Positions 56,485 through 64,000 of a stretch of DNA of 64,000 nt are shown piece after piece. A program made the position numbers and the translations under genes. Source of the stretch: an uncultured Isosphaeraceae bacterium (GTDB lineage Bacteria; Planctomycetota; Phycisphaerae; Phycisphaerales; SM1A02); assembly GCA_964555705.1 (NCBI GenBank), contig CAZKTN010000003.1, positions 55,062 to 119,061 on the forward strand, in the 5' to 3' direction. The stretch's first letter is position 1. Each line of letters opens with the position of its first letter. Below the pieces are notes generated by a model. That model searched no databases. It saw nothing but the letters and a program-made list of their open reading frames with translations, and was not told the DNA's origin.

Positions 56485-58341
56485 ATGCCCTCCAACGGTC
56501 CCACATCCCGAGAATCCGCAGGTTCCGGGAGCGGTTTCCTCGCCCAGTTCGGCCAGAGCGAGGAGAGCAACGAGCACTTCTCGCCAGCGCCGGCGGGCTA
56601 CGTGAAGGGGCGCACGCGCTTCGTCGTCGTTGTGGGCACCGTCATGAGCGGCCTCGGCAAGGGCATCTTCAGCTCGAGCCTGGCGAAGCTGCTCAAGGAC
56701 AAGGGACTCACGGTCGCCCCCATCAAGATGGAGGGGTACCTCAACATCGACTCGGGGACGCTCAACCCCTACCGCCACGGCGAGGTCTTCGTGCTCGAGG
56801 ACGGCCTCGAGACCGACATGGACCTCGGCACGTACGAGCGCATCCTCAACCAGGACCTCTCGCGGCGAAACTTCGTCACCGCCGGCCAGATCTACACCGA
56901 GATCCTCGAGCGCGAGCGCCGCGGCGGATACCTCGGGCGCGATGTGCAGATGATCCCGCACGTGACGGGCGCCGTGAAGATGAAGCTGCGCGAGCTCGCC
57001 ATGAGCGGCCCCGGCGGCAGGCAGGTGGATGTGGTGTTCGTCGAGGTCGGCGGCACCGCCGGCGACTACGAGAACGGCTTCTACATCGAGGCGCTTCGCG
57101 AGCTCGCCTTCGAGGAGGGCGACGGATCGACGTGCTTCGTCGCGCTCACCTACATCATCGAGCCTGCGATCCTGGGCGAGCAGAAGTCCAAGGCCGCGCA
57201 GCTGGGCATCAAGCGGCTGATGGAGGCCGGCGTGCAGCCGCAGATCGTCGCGTGCCGCGCCAAGAACCCGATCACGCCGAAGGTCCTCGAGAAGATCGCG
57301 ATGTTCTCGAACGTGCCGATGAAGCGCGTCTTCTCGATGCACGACCGGGAGTCGATCTACGTGATCCCCGACGCGATGCGCGGCGCAGGCCTCGACCGCG
57401 AGATCCTCTCGATCCTGGACCTGCACGACCGCGTCAACCCCGTCAACGAGGACGCCGCGCGGGGCGAGTGGAACGTGTTCGCGGCACGGCTGTCGGCGGC
57501 GCGCCAGCACCGCGTGACGCTCGGCATCACCGGCAAGTACGCGGCGCTCCGCGACGCCTATGCGTCGATCGACAAGGCGGTGGAGCACTGCGGCATCGCG
57601 CTGAGCGCCGATGTCGAGATGCGCTGGCTCGACACGAGCGACATCTCGTCCGACGCCGATGCCGCGCGCGCGCTCGACGGCTGCGATGCGGTCATCGTGC
57701 CCGGCGGCTTCGGCCACCGCGGCGTCGAGGGCAAGATCCGCTGCGTGCGGTGGGCGCGCGAGCAGCGGGTGCCGTTCCTTGGCATCTGCCTCGGGTTCCA
57801 GGTCGCGGTGATCGAGTACGCGCGCAACGTGCTGGGCATGTCCGACGCGAACTCGACGGAGTTCGATCCGGCCACGACGCACCCTGTCATCTCCGAGCTG
57901 CCCGACCAGAAGGCGATCGAGGGCATCATGGGCGGCACGATGCGCCTGGGCGCGCAGGATGTGATCCTCGAGCCCGGCTCGTTCGCGTCGTTCCTCTACG
58001 GCGCCACCACGGTGCGCGAGCGCTTCCGCCACCGCTACGAGGTGGATCCTGCCTTCATCGCGAAGTTCCACGAGAAGGGACTCGCGTTCTCCGGCCGCCA
58101 TCCCAAGCACCCGATCATGCAGGTGCTCGAGCTGCCGCTGTCCTCGCACCCCTGCTTCATCGGCGCACAGTTCCATCCCGAGCTCACGAGCCGTCCGCTC
58201 GCGCCGCAGCCGATGTTCATGGGCCTGATTGCGGCCGCCATCGCGCGCCTCGAGCCCGGATTCGCGGCCACCGACGCGGGACGCAGGTGGGTCCGCTCCG
58301 CGGGGAGCCCGCTATACTCTTCCGCCTCCTCGGCGATGTAG
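56485..58341 (+). CDS. pyrG: CTP synthase
   Basis: ATG at 56485. Motifs [44 protein letters not shown]-like and EVGGTAGD. The GATase domain carries GICLGFQ and QFHPE. It has about 40 extra N-terminal and about 35 extra C-terminal residues relative to typical PyrG. Confidence 0.95.
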   Translation: [618 protein letters not shown]

Positions 58342-58405
58342 CTCAGCTGGCTAGAGCGAGGGATTCATAAACCCTAGGTCGGCGGTTCGAGCCCGCCCAT
58401 CGCCA
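58332..58405 (+). tRNA. tRNA with CAT anticodon (elongator Met, or Ile2 if lysidine-modified)
   Basis: Hand-folded, 74 nt. Acceptor GGCGATG/CATCGCC is 7 perfect bp with G1-C72, so it is not an initiator. D arm is GCTC-AGCTGGCTA-GAGC. Anticodon loop is TTCATAA. T arm is GGCGG-TTCGAGC-CCGCC. Discriminator is A and no CCA is encoded. The 5' end overlaps the last 10 nt of pyrG. Confidence 0.9.
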
Positions 58406-58415
58406 TTCCCATCCC

Positions 58416-59195
58416 ATGCCGGCGCCCGGACCCTGCGACATCCTCCTCCACGTCGCGATGCTGGCCGAGGCGCGGCCTCTCCTGGACCAGTTCAAGCTGG
58501 ATGCGCCATCGCCGCTCGATGATGGGCTACCTGCCCACGTGTGGCGGCACAGCGGCGGTGGCCCGATTGCGCTCGTGGTCCATGGCATCGACCCCGCCCA
58601 CGCATGCGACCGCATCGGCACCGAGACGGCCACCCTGGTCGCCCACCTGGCGATCCGTTCGCTGCGGCCGAAGCTGGTGATCAACGCAGGCACATGCGGA
58701 GGGTTCGAGAGCCGCGGGGCGACGATCGGCGCGATCTACGTGCCCAGCCGCTACCTGTTCCACGACCAGCGCGTGGACCTTCCCCGCTACGGCGACTTCG
58801 CCCGCGGCGTGATCGACGCCGATGCCGCGCTGGCCGCGGGCGGCACATCTGCGTCGGCTGGCGATCCGCGGTCGGCGCCCGCAGTGGCCGCGGCCATCGG
58901 AGCGGCGCGTGGCACGCTCGCCACCGGATCGAGCCTCGATGCGACCGCACAGGAGATGGCGCTCTTCGACCGCGAAGGCGTCGTCGCCAAGGACATGGAG
59001 GGCGCTGCGGTCGCGCGCGTCTGCCGCGATCTGCGCACCCCGCTGGTGGCCATCAAGGCCGTGACCGATATGGTCGACCACAAGGCCGACACCGCAGCGC
59101 AGTTCGTGCGCAACCTTTCGCACGCAACTGCATGCCTCAGCGCCGCGCTGGAGCGGCTTCTTGGCTCGCTCGCGCCGGGCGCGCGCGTTCCGTAG
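58416..59195 (+). CDS. mtnN: 5'-methylthioadenosine/S-adenosylhomocysteine nucleosidase family (plant-type MTN-like)
   Basis: 259 aa. NAGTCGGF, the hallmark KDMEGAAVARVC and AIKAVTDMVDHKADTAAQF are present, resembling MTA nucleosidases of the PNP_UDP_1 fold. Confidence 0.75.
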   Translation: MPAPGPCDILLHVAMLAEARPLLDQFKLDAPSPLDDGLPAHVWRHSGGGPIALVVHGIDPAHACDRIGTETATLVAHLAIRSLRPKLVINAGTCGGFESRGATIGAIYVPSRYLFHDQRVDLPRYGDFARGVIDADAALAAGGTSASAGDPRSAPAVAAAIGAARGTLATGSSLDATAQEMALFDREGVVAKDMEGAAVARVCRDLRTPLVAIKAVTDMVDHKADTAAQFVRNLSHATACLSAALERLLGSLAPGARVP

Positions 59196-59208
59196 GATCA
59201 CGCACCCT

Positions 59209-59282
59209 GCCCCCGTAGCTCAGCTGGATAGAGCACCGGTTTCCTAAACTGGAGGTCGTTGGTTCGAATCCAACCGGGGGCG
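59209..59282 (+). tRNA. tRNA-Arg (anticodon CCT)
   Basis: Hand-folded, 74 nt. Acceptor is GCCCCCG/CGGGGGC. D arm is GCTC-AGCTGGATA-GAGC. Anticodon stem CCGGT/ACTGG has loop TTCCTAA. T arm is GTTGG-TTCGAAT-CCAAC. Discriminator is G and no CCA is encoded. Confidence 0.95.
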
Positions 59283-59369
59283 TTCTGCCGCGGCAGCGCT
59301 TGCCGAGCGCGTGCCGGATCTGCGCGGTCTCACGGCGCCCACGCAGCGCGCCACCGCCACCAAGGACGA

Positions 59370-59501
59370 TCAGGGCTTCTCGACGTAGTCGGGGTACCGG
59401 CCGCCCTTGGCGCGATCCGACTTCGCCTGCACGAAGTACGTGATCGTCCAGAAGGCGATGAAGACCAGCCAGAGCGCGTTCGCGAAGAGGACTTCCTTCA
59501 T
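59370..59501 (-). CDS. small single-TM membrane protein (43 aa, hypothetical)
   Basis: ATG at 59501 gives MKEVLFANALWLVFIAFWTITYFVQAKSDRAKGGRYPDYVEKP. Codon third positions are almost all G/C, as in real genes here. One clear TM helix plus a basic tail. Confidence 0.4.
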   Translation of the reverse strand: MKEVLFANALWLVFIAFWTITYFVQAKSDRAKGGRYPDYVEKP

Positions 59502-59547
59502 GGTGGACCTGTCGTGGGATGATAGCGCCACAGGCCAACCGACACCG

Positions 59548-60072
59548 ATGGACGATCCCCTCTTCAACATCGTGCTCTACCAGCCGCAGATCCCGCAGAA
59601 CACGGGCAACATCGGGCGCACCGCGATGGCCACCCACTGCCGCCTGCACATCGTGCACCCGATCTCCTTCTCGATGGACGAGAAGGCGCGCCGCCGCGCG
59701 GGGCTCGACTACTGGCACCGCGTCGACTGCCGCGAGCACGCCTCCTGGGAGTCCTTCGTTGCCCACGAGCGGCCAGCGCGCCTCTGGCTCTTCACGACTC
59801 GCGGCACGCAGCCGCACTGGGGCGCGCAGTTCCGCGCGGGCGACTACCTGCTGTTCGGCCAGGAGCAGCACGGCGTGCCTGACGCGGTCCATGGATGGGT
59901 CGACCGCACATTCGGCGCACCGCACCGGTTGCGGCTGCCGATGGTCGCAGACCCCGCCGCACGCAGCCTCAACCTTGCCACGGCGGTCGCATGCGGCGTC
60001 TACGAGGGCCTGAGGCAGGTCTGCGCGGCAACTGGCCAGATGCCTGCGCCGTATATTGAACCAACCGCATGA
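59548..60072 (+). CDS. trmL: tRNA (cytidine/uridine-2'-O-)-methyltransferase TrmL (SpoU/TrmH family)
   Basis: ATG at 59548 gives MDDPLFNIVLYQPQIPQNTGNIGRT, matching the E. coli TrmL N-terminus MLNIVLYEPEIPPNTGNIIR. The C-terminal SPOUT knot motifs LLFGQEQHGVP and SLNLATAVA are present. Confidence 0.85.
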   Translation: MDDPLFNIVLYQPQIPQNTGNIGRTAMATHCRLHIVHPISFSMDEKARRRAGLDYWHRVDCREHASWESFVAHERPARLWLFTTRGTQPHWGAQFRAGDYLLFGQEQHGVPDAVHGWVDRTFGAPHRLRLPMVADPAARSLNLATAVACGVYEGLRQVCAATGQMPAPYIEPTA

Positions 60073-61085
60073 GCACGATTCGCCCTCCCGTCCGCGCCTC
60101 GCGCGGCTTCACCCTGATCGAGCTCCTTGTGGCTGTGGGCATCATCGTTGTGCTCATCGGCATCCTGCTTCCGGCGCTCGGGAAGGTGGCGCAGAAGTCA
60201 CGCGCGACCAGCAGCGCGAGCGCGATGAACGAGTTCGCGAAGGCGTGCGAGGCGTTCCAGCAGCAGTTCGGCTACTACCCCGGCATCGTGCCCGAGGACA
60301 TCCTCGCGCAGACACCCAACGCGCCGATCAGCGGCACCGAGAACGCGATCCTCCACCTGATGGGCGGCGCGATCCGCAACGACGACCCCAACTACGCGGG
60401 CGCCGCAGGCACTGAGCTGACCTTCGGCAACGCCGCAATCGGCCAGGTGCGCATCAAGGTGGATCCCAACCTCATCGGCAAGGGACCGCGCATCGAGGGC
60501 AAGCAGTACGCCGCGTTCTTTGCGCCTAAGGACCGGTTCTTCAAGCCCGTGCGGGGCCAGATGAACGAGTCGGTCGTGATTCCTGACCTCGTCGATGCGT
60601 GGGGCAACCCGGTGCTCTACGTCAGGTCATCGCGCAGCACAGGTCCGCTTGCGGGCTCTAGCGCGACCGTGGGGAGCAGCGGTTCGCCGCAGTTCTGGCT
60701 CGATCCTGTGCGGCCGTACGTCACGAGTCCGGCGCTCGTTGGCAGTGGCGGCGACCAGGTCAATGCGCAGACGGGCAGCATCTTCAACTCGGGCGGCAAC
60801 CTCGGTGGCACGCCCGCTGGCGTCTATGGGCTCGCGCAGCTCATTCGCGCGCCGAGCGTGGGCCGATTCGCTGCGAGCGAGACAGGTTCGGGCGACGCGA
60901 ATGCGGCACTCTCAGGCGCGCCGCGCGGGAAGTTCGTGCTGATGTCCGCGGGTCCTGACGGCATCTACTACGGTCTCAAGGACGGCCCGGGTGCGCAGAA
61001 CTACGCGTACCCCAACAGCGGCGCCTACTTCATGCCCGACCTGCCGTCGAAGTACGACGACATCACCATCTTCGGCGGCGGGTGA
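60069..61085 (+). CDS. prepilin-type N-terminal cleavage/methylation domain protein (pseudopilin-like)
   Basis: The N-terminus RGFTLIELLVAVGIIVVLIGILLPAL is a class III signal with G|F cleavage and Glu+5. The C-terminal MSAGPDG resembles GspG-type pseudopilins. The start overlaps the trmL stop (ATGA). Confidence 0.75.
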   Translation: MSTIRPPVRASRGFTLIELLVAVGIIVVLIGILLPALGKVAQKSRATSSASAMNEFAKACEAFQQQFGYYPGIVPEDILAQTPNAPISGTENAILHLMGGAIRNDDPNYAGAAGTELTFGNAAIGQVRIKVDPNLIGKGPRIEGKQYAAFFAPKDRFFKPVRGQMNESVVIPDLVDAWGNPVLYVRSSRSTGPLAGSSATVGSSGSPQFWLDPVRPYVTSPALVGSGGDQVNAQTGSIFNSGGNLGGTPAGVYGLAQLIRAPSVGRFAASETGSGDANAALSGAPRGKFVLMSAGPDGIYYGLKDGPGAQNYAYPNSGAYFMPDLPSKYDDITIFGGG

Positions 61086-61189
61086 TCCTGCGGGATCAGC
61101 CCTTCGGGGGCATTGCCGGCGAATCGAACTGGCAGTTGCGGTCCTGCGGCGGACCTGCGCCAGGCAGGGTCCCCTTGTGTCCCGCCTCG

Positions 61190-62287
61190 TCAATCGCAAA
61201 CCCAGCGCATCAGGGCCTCGAAGCCGAAGGCGCGGCGGGGTCCGAGCGCGCGAAGCGTCAGAAAGCACACTGCGAGGAACGCGGCACCCAACGCGAGGGA
61301 GGCACTTGCCGGCATCGCGAGCATCCAGTGCGAGGTTGGTTCGCCGGTCTTCGCGAATCCATAGATCCACAGCGGCCACAGGTGCACCACGTGGTGGACC
61401 ACGTAGATCGTGAGCGAGTAGCCGCTGAATGTCCTTGCGGCGCCGAACACGGCCTCAAGCCGGCCGGACGCGGCAAGGGGGTCGACAACGCGATGCCCGA
61501 GCGAGAGCAGCGCTATCGCCACCCCGAGCATGCCGATCACATACTCCGTGGTCGGAGGGAACATCGTCCATCCGCCGAGCATCCCCGCCGCAATCGGTCC
61601 GCCGAGCAGCGGCCGGGCAAGCAGCAGCACCACGGAGACCATGACCAGGCTCAGCCCGATCCACGCCGCACGCATGGGTCCTGACACGCCCGGGCTCGCC
61701 GTCGGGTTCCGCGCGAAGAGCCACGAGCCCGTCGCGTATCCCGCCAGCGATAGCGCGATCCATGGAAAAAGTGGAAAGTAGCCGGTCGCGAAGTAGCCGA
61801 CGAGGATGTCAGACAGCGTGAGGTCGCACTCGAAGTAGCCGCTCTCCCAGTACCCCGAGTAGCCCGCCATGTGCCGGAGGATGGGCGCCACGAGGGCCGA
61901 CACCACGGCCATCAGCACGACTATCCCCGGTTGCAGCCGGCGCACGAACGCGAGCAGCACCAGAGCGGATCCGATGAAGGTGAGCACGTCCCAGTTGAAG
62001 ACATCCTCGGGAAGCCACACGAACACGTTGAAGGCGAAGCCCGCACCGAAGATGAAGAGCCCCCGTCGGACAGAGACGCGTGTGACGTGCGTGACGTCGA
62101 CGCCGCGCGCCAGGAGCGCATCCGACCACAGGAAGTAGCTCGCGCCCGATAGGAAGACAAACAGCGGCGCGCCGAGGCCCGCGAGAGGCGGCGTGTATCC
62201 CGAGAGGTTCTCGGCGAAGTGGACGAGGACCATCGTGATGATCGCGACGCTGCGCAGCAGGTCGATGGAGGCGAGACGCGTCGTCAT
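61190..62287 (-). CDS. DUF1624 / heparan-alpha-glucosaminide N-acetyltransferase-like polytopic membrane acyltransferase
   Basis: ATG at 62287 (MTTRLASIDLLRSVAIITMVLVHF, the family's N-terminal signature), followed by about 10 hydrophobic helices. The start overlaps the stop of the upstream DUF155 gene (ATGA). Confidence 0.6.
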   Translation of the reverse strand: MTTRLASIDLLRSVAIITMVLVHFAENLSGYTPPLAGLGAPLFVFLSGASYFLWSDALLARGVDVTHVTRVSVRRGLFIFGAGFAFNVFVWLPEDVFNWDVLTFIGSALVLLAFVRRLQPGIVVLMAVVSALVAPILRHMAGYSGYWESGYFECDLTLSDILVGYFATGYFPLFPWIALSLAGYATGSWLFARNPTASPGVSGPMRAAWIGLSLVMVSVVLLLARPLLGGPIAAGMLGGWTMFPPTTEYVIGMLGVAIALLSLGHRVVDPLAASGRLEAVFGAARTFSGYSLTIYVVHHVVHLWPLWIYGFAKTGEPTSHWMLAMPASASLALGAAFLAVCFLTLRALGPRRAFGFEALMRWVCD

Positions 62288-63057
62288 CCGCCGGCCATCG
62301 TGAGGAGCTCGAAGCCCCAGAGAAGGAGCTGCGTGCCCAGCAGCACGATGATCACCCACTCAAGCCGGTGTCCCGTCCGAGCCAGCATGAAGTCGCTCGC
62401 ACGCTGGCTGCACATGTCGTAGGTGTCGCGAAACGCGTCAACCTGGATGGCCGCGGCCTCGTAGCGCGAGGCGATGCGCAGCCGCTCGCGAAGGCGGTCG
62501 GCGACCTGGCTGCCGAGCGTCGGCGGATAGAGCGGCGGCGCGAGCACGGCGGGCGCGATCCTGGCCAGCCTTGCACGCATCAGGAGCACGCGACCGAGGC
62601 GCTCGCGAAGCTCCTTACGCCGCCCGACTGCGCTCTCCTCGAACTCGAATGCAAGGGACGCATCGGAGTCGAGTTCGGGCCAGGCCGAGTCGAGCGCCCG
62701 TTCGATTGCACGGAGCGCGCGTTCGTGGCCCGACACCTCGAGCAATGCGTTCCTTACGGCCGGCAGCCGATCGGACGGCGCGAGTATCGCACATCGGTCC
62801 GGCGACCAGCGGATCCGCGATCCCTGAAAGGACATCCACGGCGCGGATGCAGCGTCGCCCGATACGCCCGCCTCGATCCAGGCATCGACCGTTGCAGGAA
62901 GCTCTCCACCCTCGCCCGGGATGCAGAGGATCTCCATTGCCGGCTCCCCAGGTCCCCAGGTCATCACCCGCTCCAGGGTGGATCCTTGAGGCAGCCCCTG
63001 AGGCAGCAGGCTTCCTTGGTCGGACCGGTCCTGTGCCAGTGGTGGCTGGTCACGCAT
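62284..63057 (-). CDS. RMD1/DUF155-like protein with C-terminal TM helix
   Basis: ATG at 63057 overlaps the upstream gene by 8 nt. The helical C-terminal half ends in ...TGHRLEWVIIVLLGTQLLLWGFELL, resembling the conserved LEWIIIxL membrane anchor of the DUF155 family. Confidence 0.5.
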   Translation of the reverse strand: MRDQPPLAQDRSDQGSLLPQGLPQGSTLERVMTWGPGEPAMEILCIPGEGGELPATVDAWIEAGVSGDAASAPWMSFQGSRIRWSPDRCAILAPSDRLPAVRNALLEVSGHERALRAIERALDSAWPELDSDASLAFEFEESAVGRRKELRERLGRVLLMRARLARIAPAVLAPPLYPPTLGSQVADRLRERLRIASRYEAAAIQVDAFRDTYDMCSQRASDFMLARTGHRLEWVIIVLLGTQLLLWGFELLTMAGG

Positions 63058-64000
63058 CGCACGCACCCCGATCCGCGCGCCGCTGGGGCAGCCGTCCGTC
63101 GGCGAGCTCCGCGGCGATCCACGCGGCGACGCGCGCCGCCGCGTCGTGCACCCCATTCAATGTGGAGTCGTAGAGGTAGTCGCCAACCATGAACAGGCCC
63201 GGGTGCCCGACCGGATCCGGCTGGTGGCGTTGCTCGATCGGCATCGCGGTCCACCCTCCGGGCAATGCGCTCACCGCACCAATCCACCGATGGACACGAG
63301 CCTCAACCATACGTGCCCGGCCCGTGGACAGGGCATCTGAGAGGAACTTGGGCAGCGATCCAAGCACGGTGCGCACGATCTCATCATCGGTCCGGTCCGC
63401 AAGATCCCGCGCGGAATCGCCTCCAATGAGCCAGCCGAGTATCCCATGCGACGCGAGGGGATCGCGCCACGACTCGTCGTACAGGCAGCACCCGCCAAAC
63501 TGGTCCAGCATCCAGAACGACTCGGCGAGCGAGTCTCGCCAGAACGGCCGGTCGAAGAGCACGGTCGCGCGCAGGTAGTGCGCAGGGTGGTCATGGTGCG
63601 AGTGATGCTGGGAGATCGCCTCTTGCAGTCGTCCGCCGCCAAACCTCACCCCGGGCACCTGGTTGTGCGGAAGCGCGACAACGACCGCGTCGTAACGCTC
63701 CTCGCCGCGATCGCCCCCTGCCGAATGCCTGACGACAAGGCCGCCGCATGAGTCACCCTCGATGGACTCGACACGGTGCCCGATCCGCACGCAGGCGGCG
63801 AGGCGCCCGGCGACCTCGTCGACCAGTCGCTGGTTGCCGCCCTCGATCGCGTAGAGCCGCATGTACGAAGGGTCGTTCATCAGGTAGTTCTGGAGCCCGT
63901 ATGCATCGTTCGTCTGATGGGTCTCTGCCGCGAGATCGCTATGGATCAGCTGCTCGATGAAGCGCCGTGCCTGACCGCACTCGATCGTCCCAAGAAACGC
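63050..64000 (-). CDS. flavin-containing amine oxidase / NAD(P)/FAD-dependent oxidoreductase (5' end outside window)
   Basis: The reading frame stays open from 63880 to the window edge (..AFLGTIECGQARRFIEQLIHSDLAAETHQTNDAYGLQNYLMNDPSY..). The C-terminal FAD-contact motif LFMVGDYLYDSTLNGVHDAA is typical of the amine oxidase fold. Confidence 0.7.
   Translation of the reverse strand, partial: AFLGTIECGQARRFIEQLIHSDLAAETHQTNDAYGLQNYLMNDPSYMRLYAIEGGNQRLVDEVAGRLAACVRIGHRVESIEGDSCGGLVVRHSAGGDRGEERYDAVVVALPHNQVPGVRFGGGRLQEAISQHHSHHDHPAHYLRATVLFDRPFWRDSLAESFWMLDQFGGCCLYDESWRDPLASHGILGWLIGGDSARDLADRTDDEIVRTVLGSLPKFLSDALSTGRARMVEARVHRWIGAVSALPGGWTAMPIEQRHQPDPVGHPGLFMVGDYLYDSTLNGVHDAAARVAAWIAAELADGRLPQRRADRGACDA

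Noticed and set aside
53776-58176. 1466-aa minus-strand ORF
   Set aside because: Only the part below 56448 has protein-like sequence (signal peptide, GAMEN and HExxH M1 peptidase motifs). The upper 576 codons are the antisense shadow of pyrG, a typical high-GC artefact.
58332-58405. CAT-anticodon tRNA as initiator tRNA-fMet
   Set aside because: Positions 1 and 72 form a normal G-C pair rather than the C1xA72 mismatch. The anticodon stem lacks the three consecutive G-C pairs adjacent to the loop (A31/A39 instead). It is therefore an elongator Met or a lysidine-type Ile2.

Overview
Very GC-rich bacterial chromosomal segment (GC not computed). The gene content looks Planctomycetota/Phycisphaerae-like: a DUF1800/DUF1501 pair, squalene-hopene cyclase, a prepilin-type N-terminal methylation protein, and a fragmentary murE-murF-mraY cluster. 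This taxonomic call is inference only. I support about 50 protein-coding genes, 3 tRNAs (Ala-CGC, Met/CAT, Arg-CCT) and 2 intrinsic terminators. I see no CRISPR array, transposase, integrase, phage genes or rRNA. Most genes are housekeeping: dinG-like, hutI, map, serA, pcrA/uvrD, dcd, nrdJ, nadB, shc, trpG/pabA, mutS, mraY, murF, murE, queA, fmt, def, kdsB, pyrG, mtnN-like and trmL. Many long ORFs in the six-frame track are antisense or out-of-frame artefacts of the high GC, including the 1472-aa and 1466-aa ORFs. I trimmed starts using homology-like N-termini and stop/start geometry. The most interesting observations follow. (1) A roughly 175-nt multi-stem RNA-like element is closed by a 12+7 bp helix and followed by a strong terminator. 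It lies between B12-dependent nrdJ and a kinase operon. (2) That tightly packed operon encodes a Ser/Thr kinase, a 2-TM protein, a B12-binding-domain::MeaB-GTPase fusion with no mutase catalytic domain, and a PrpD-family protein. (3) A UrtA/AmiC-like periplasmic binding protein is translationally coupled (GTGA) to a Cache-type chemoreceptor, with no ABC permease genes nearby. (4) tRNA-Met overlaps the last 10 nt of pyrG in a tRNA/mRNA mosaic. (5) An amine-oxidase, DUF155 and DUF1624 operon is linked by overlapping stops and starts. No database search or folding program was run, so all family calls rest on recognisable motifs.
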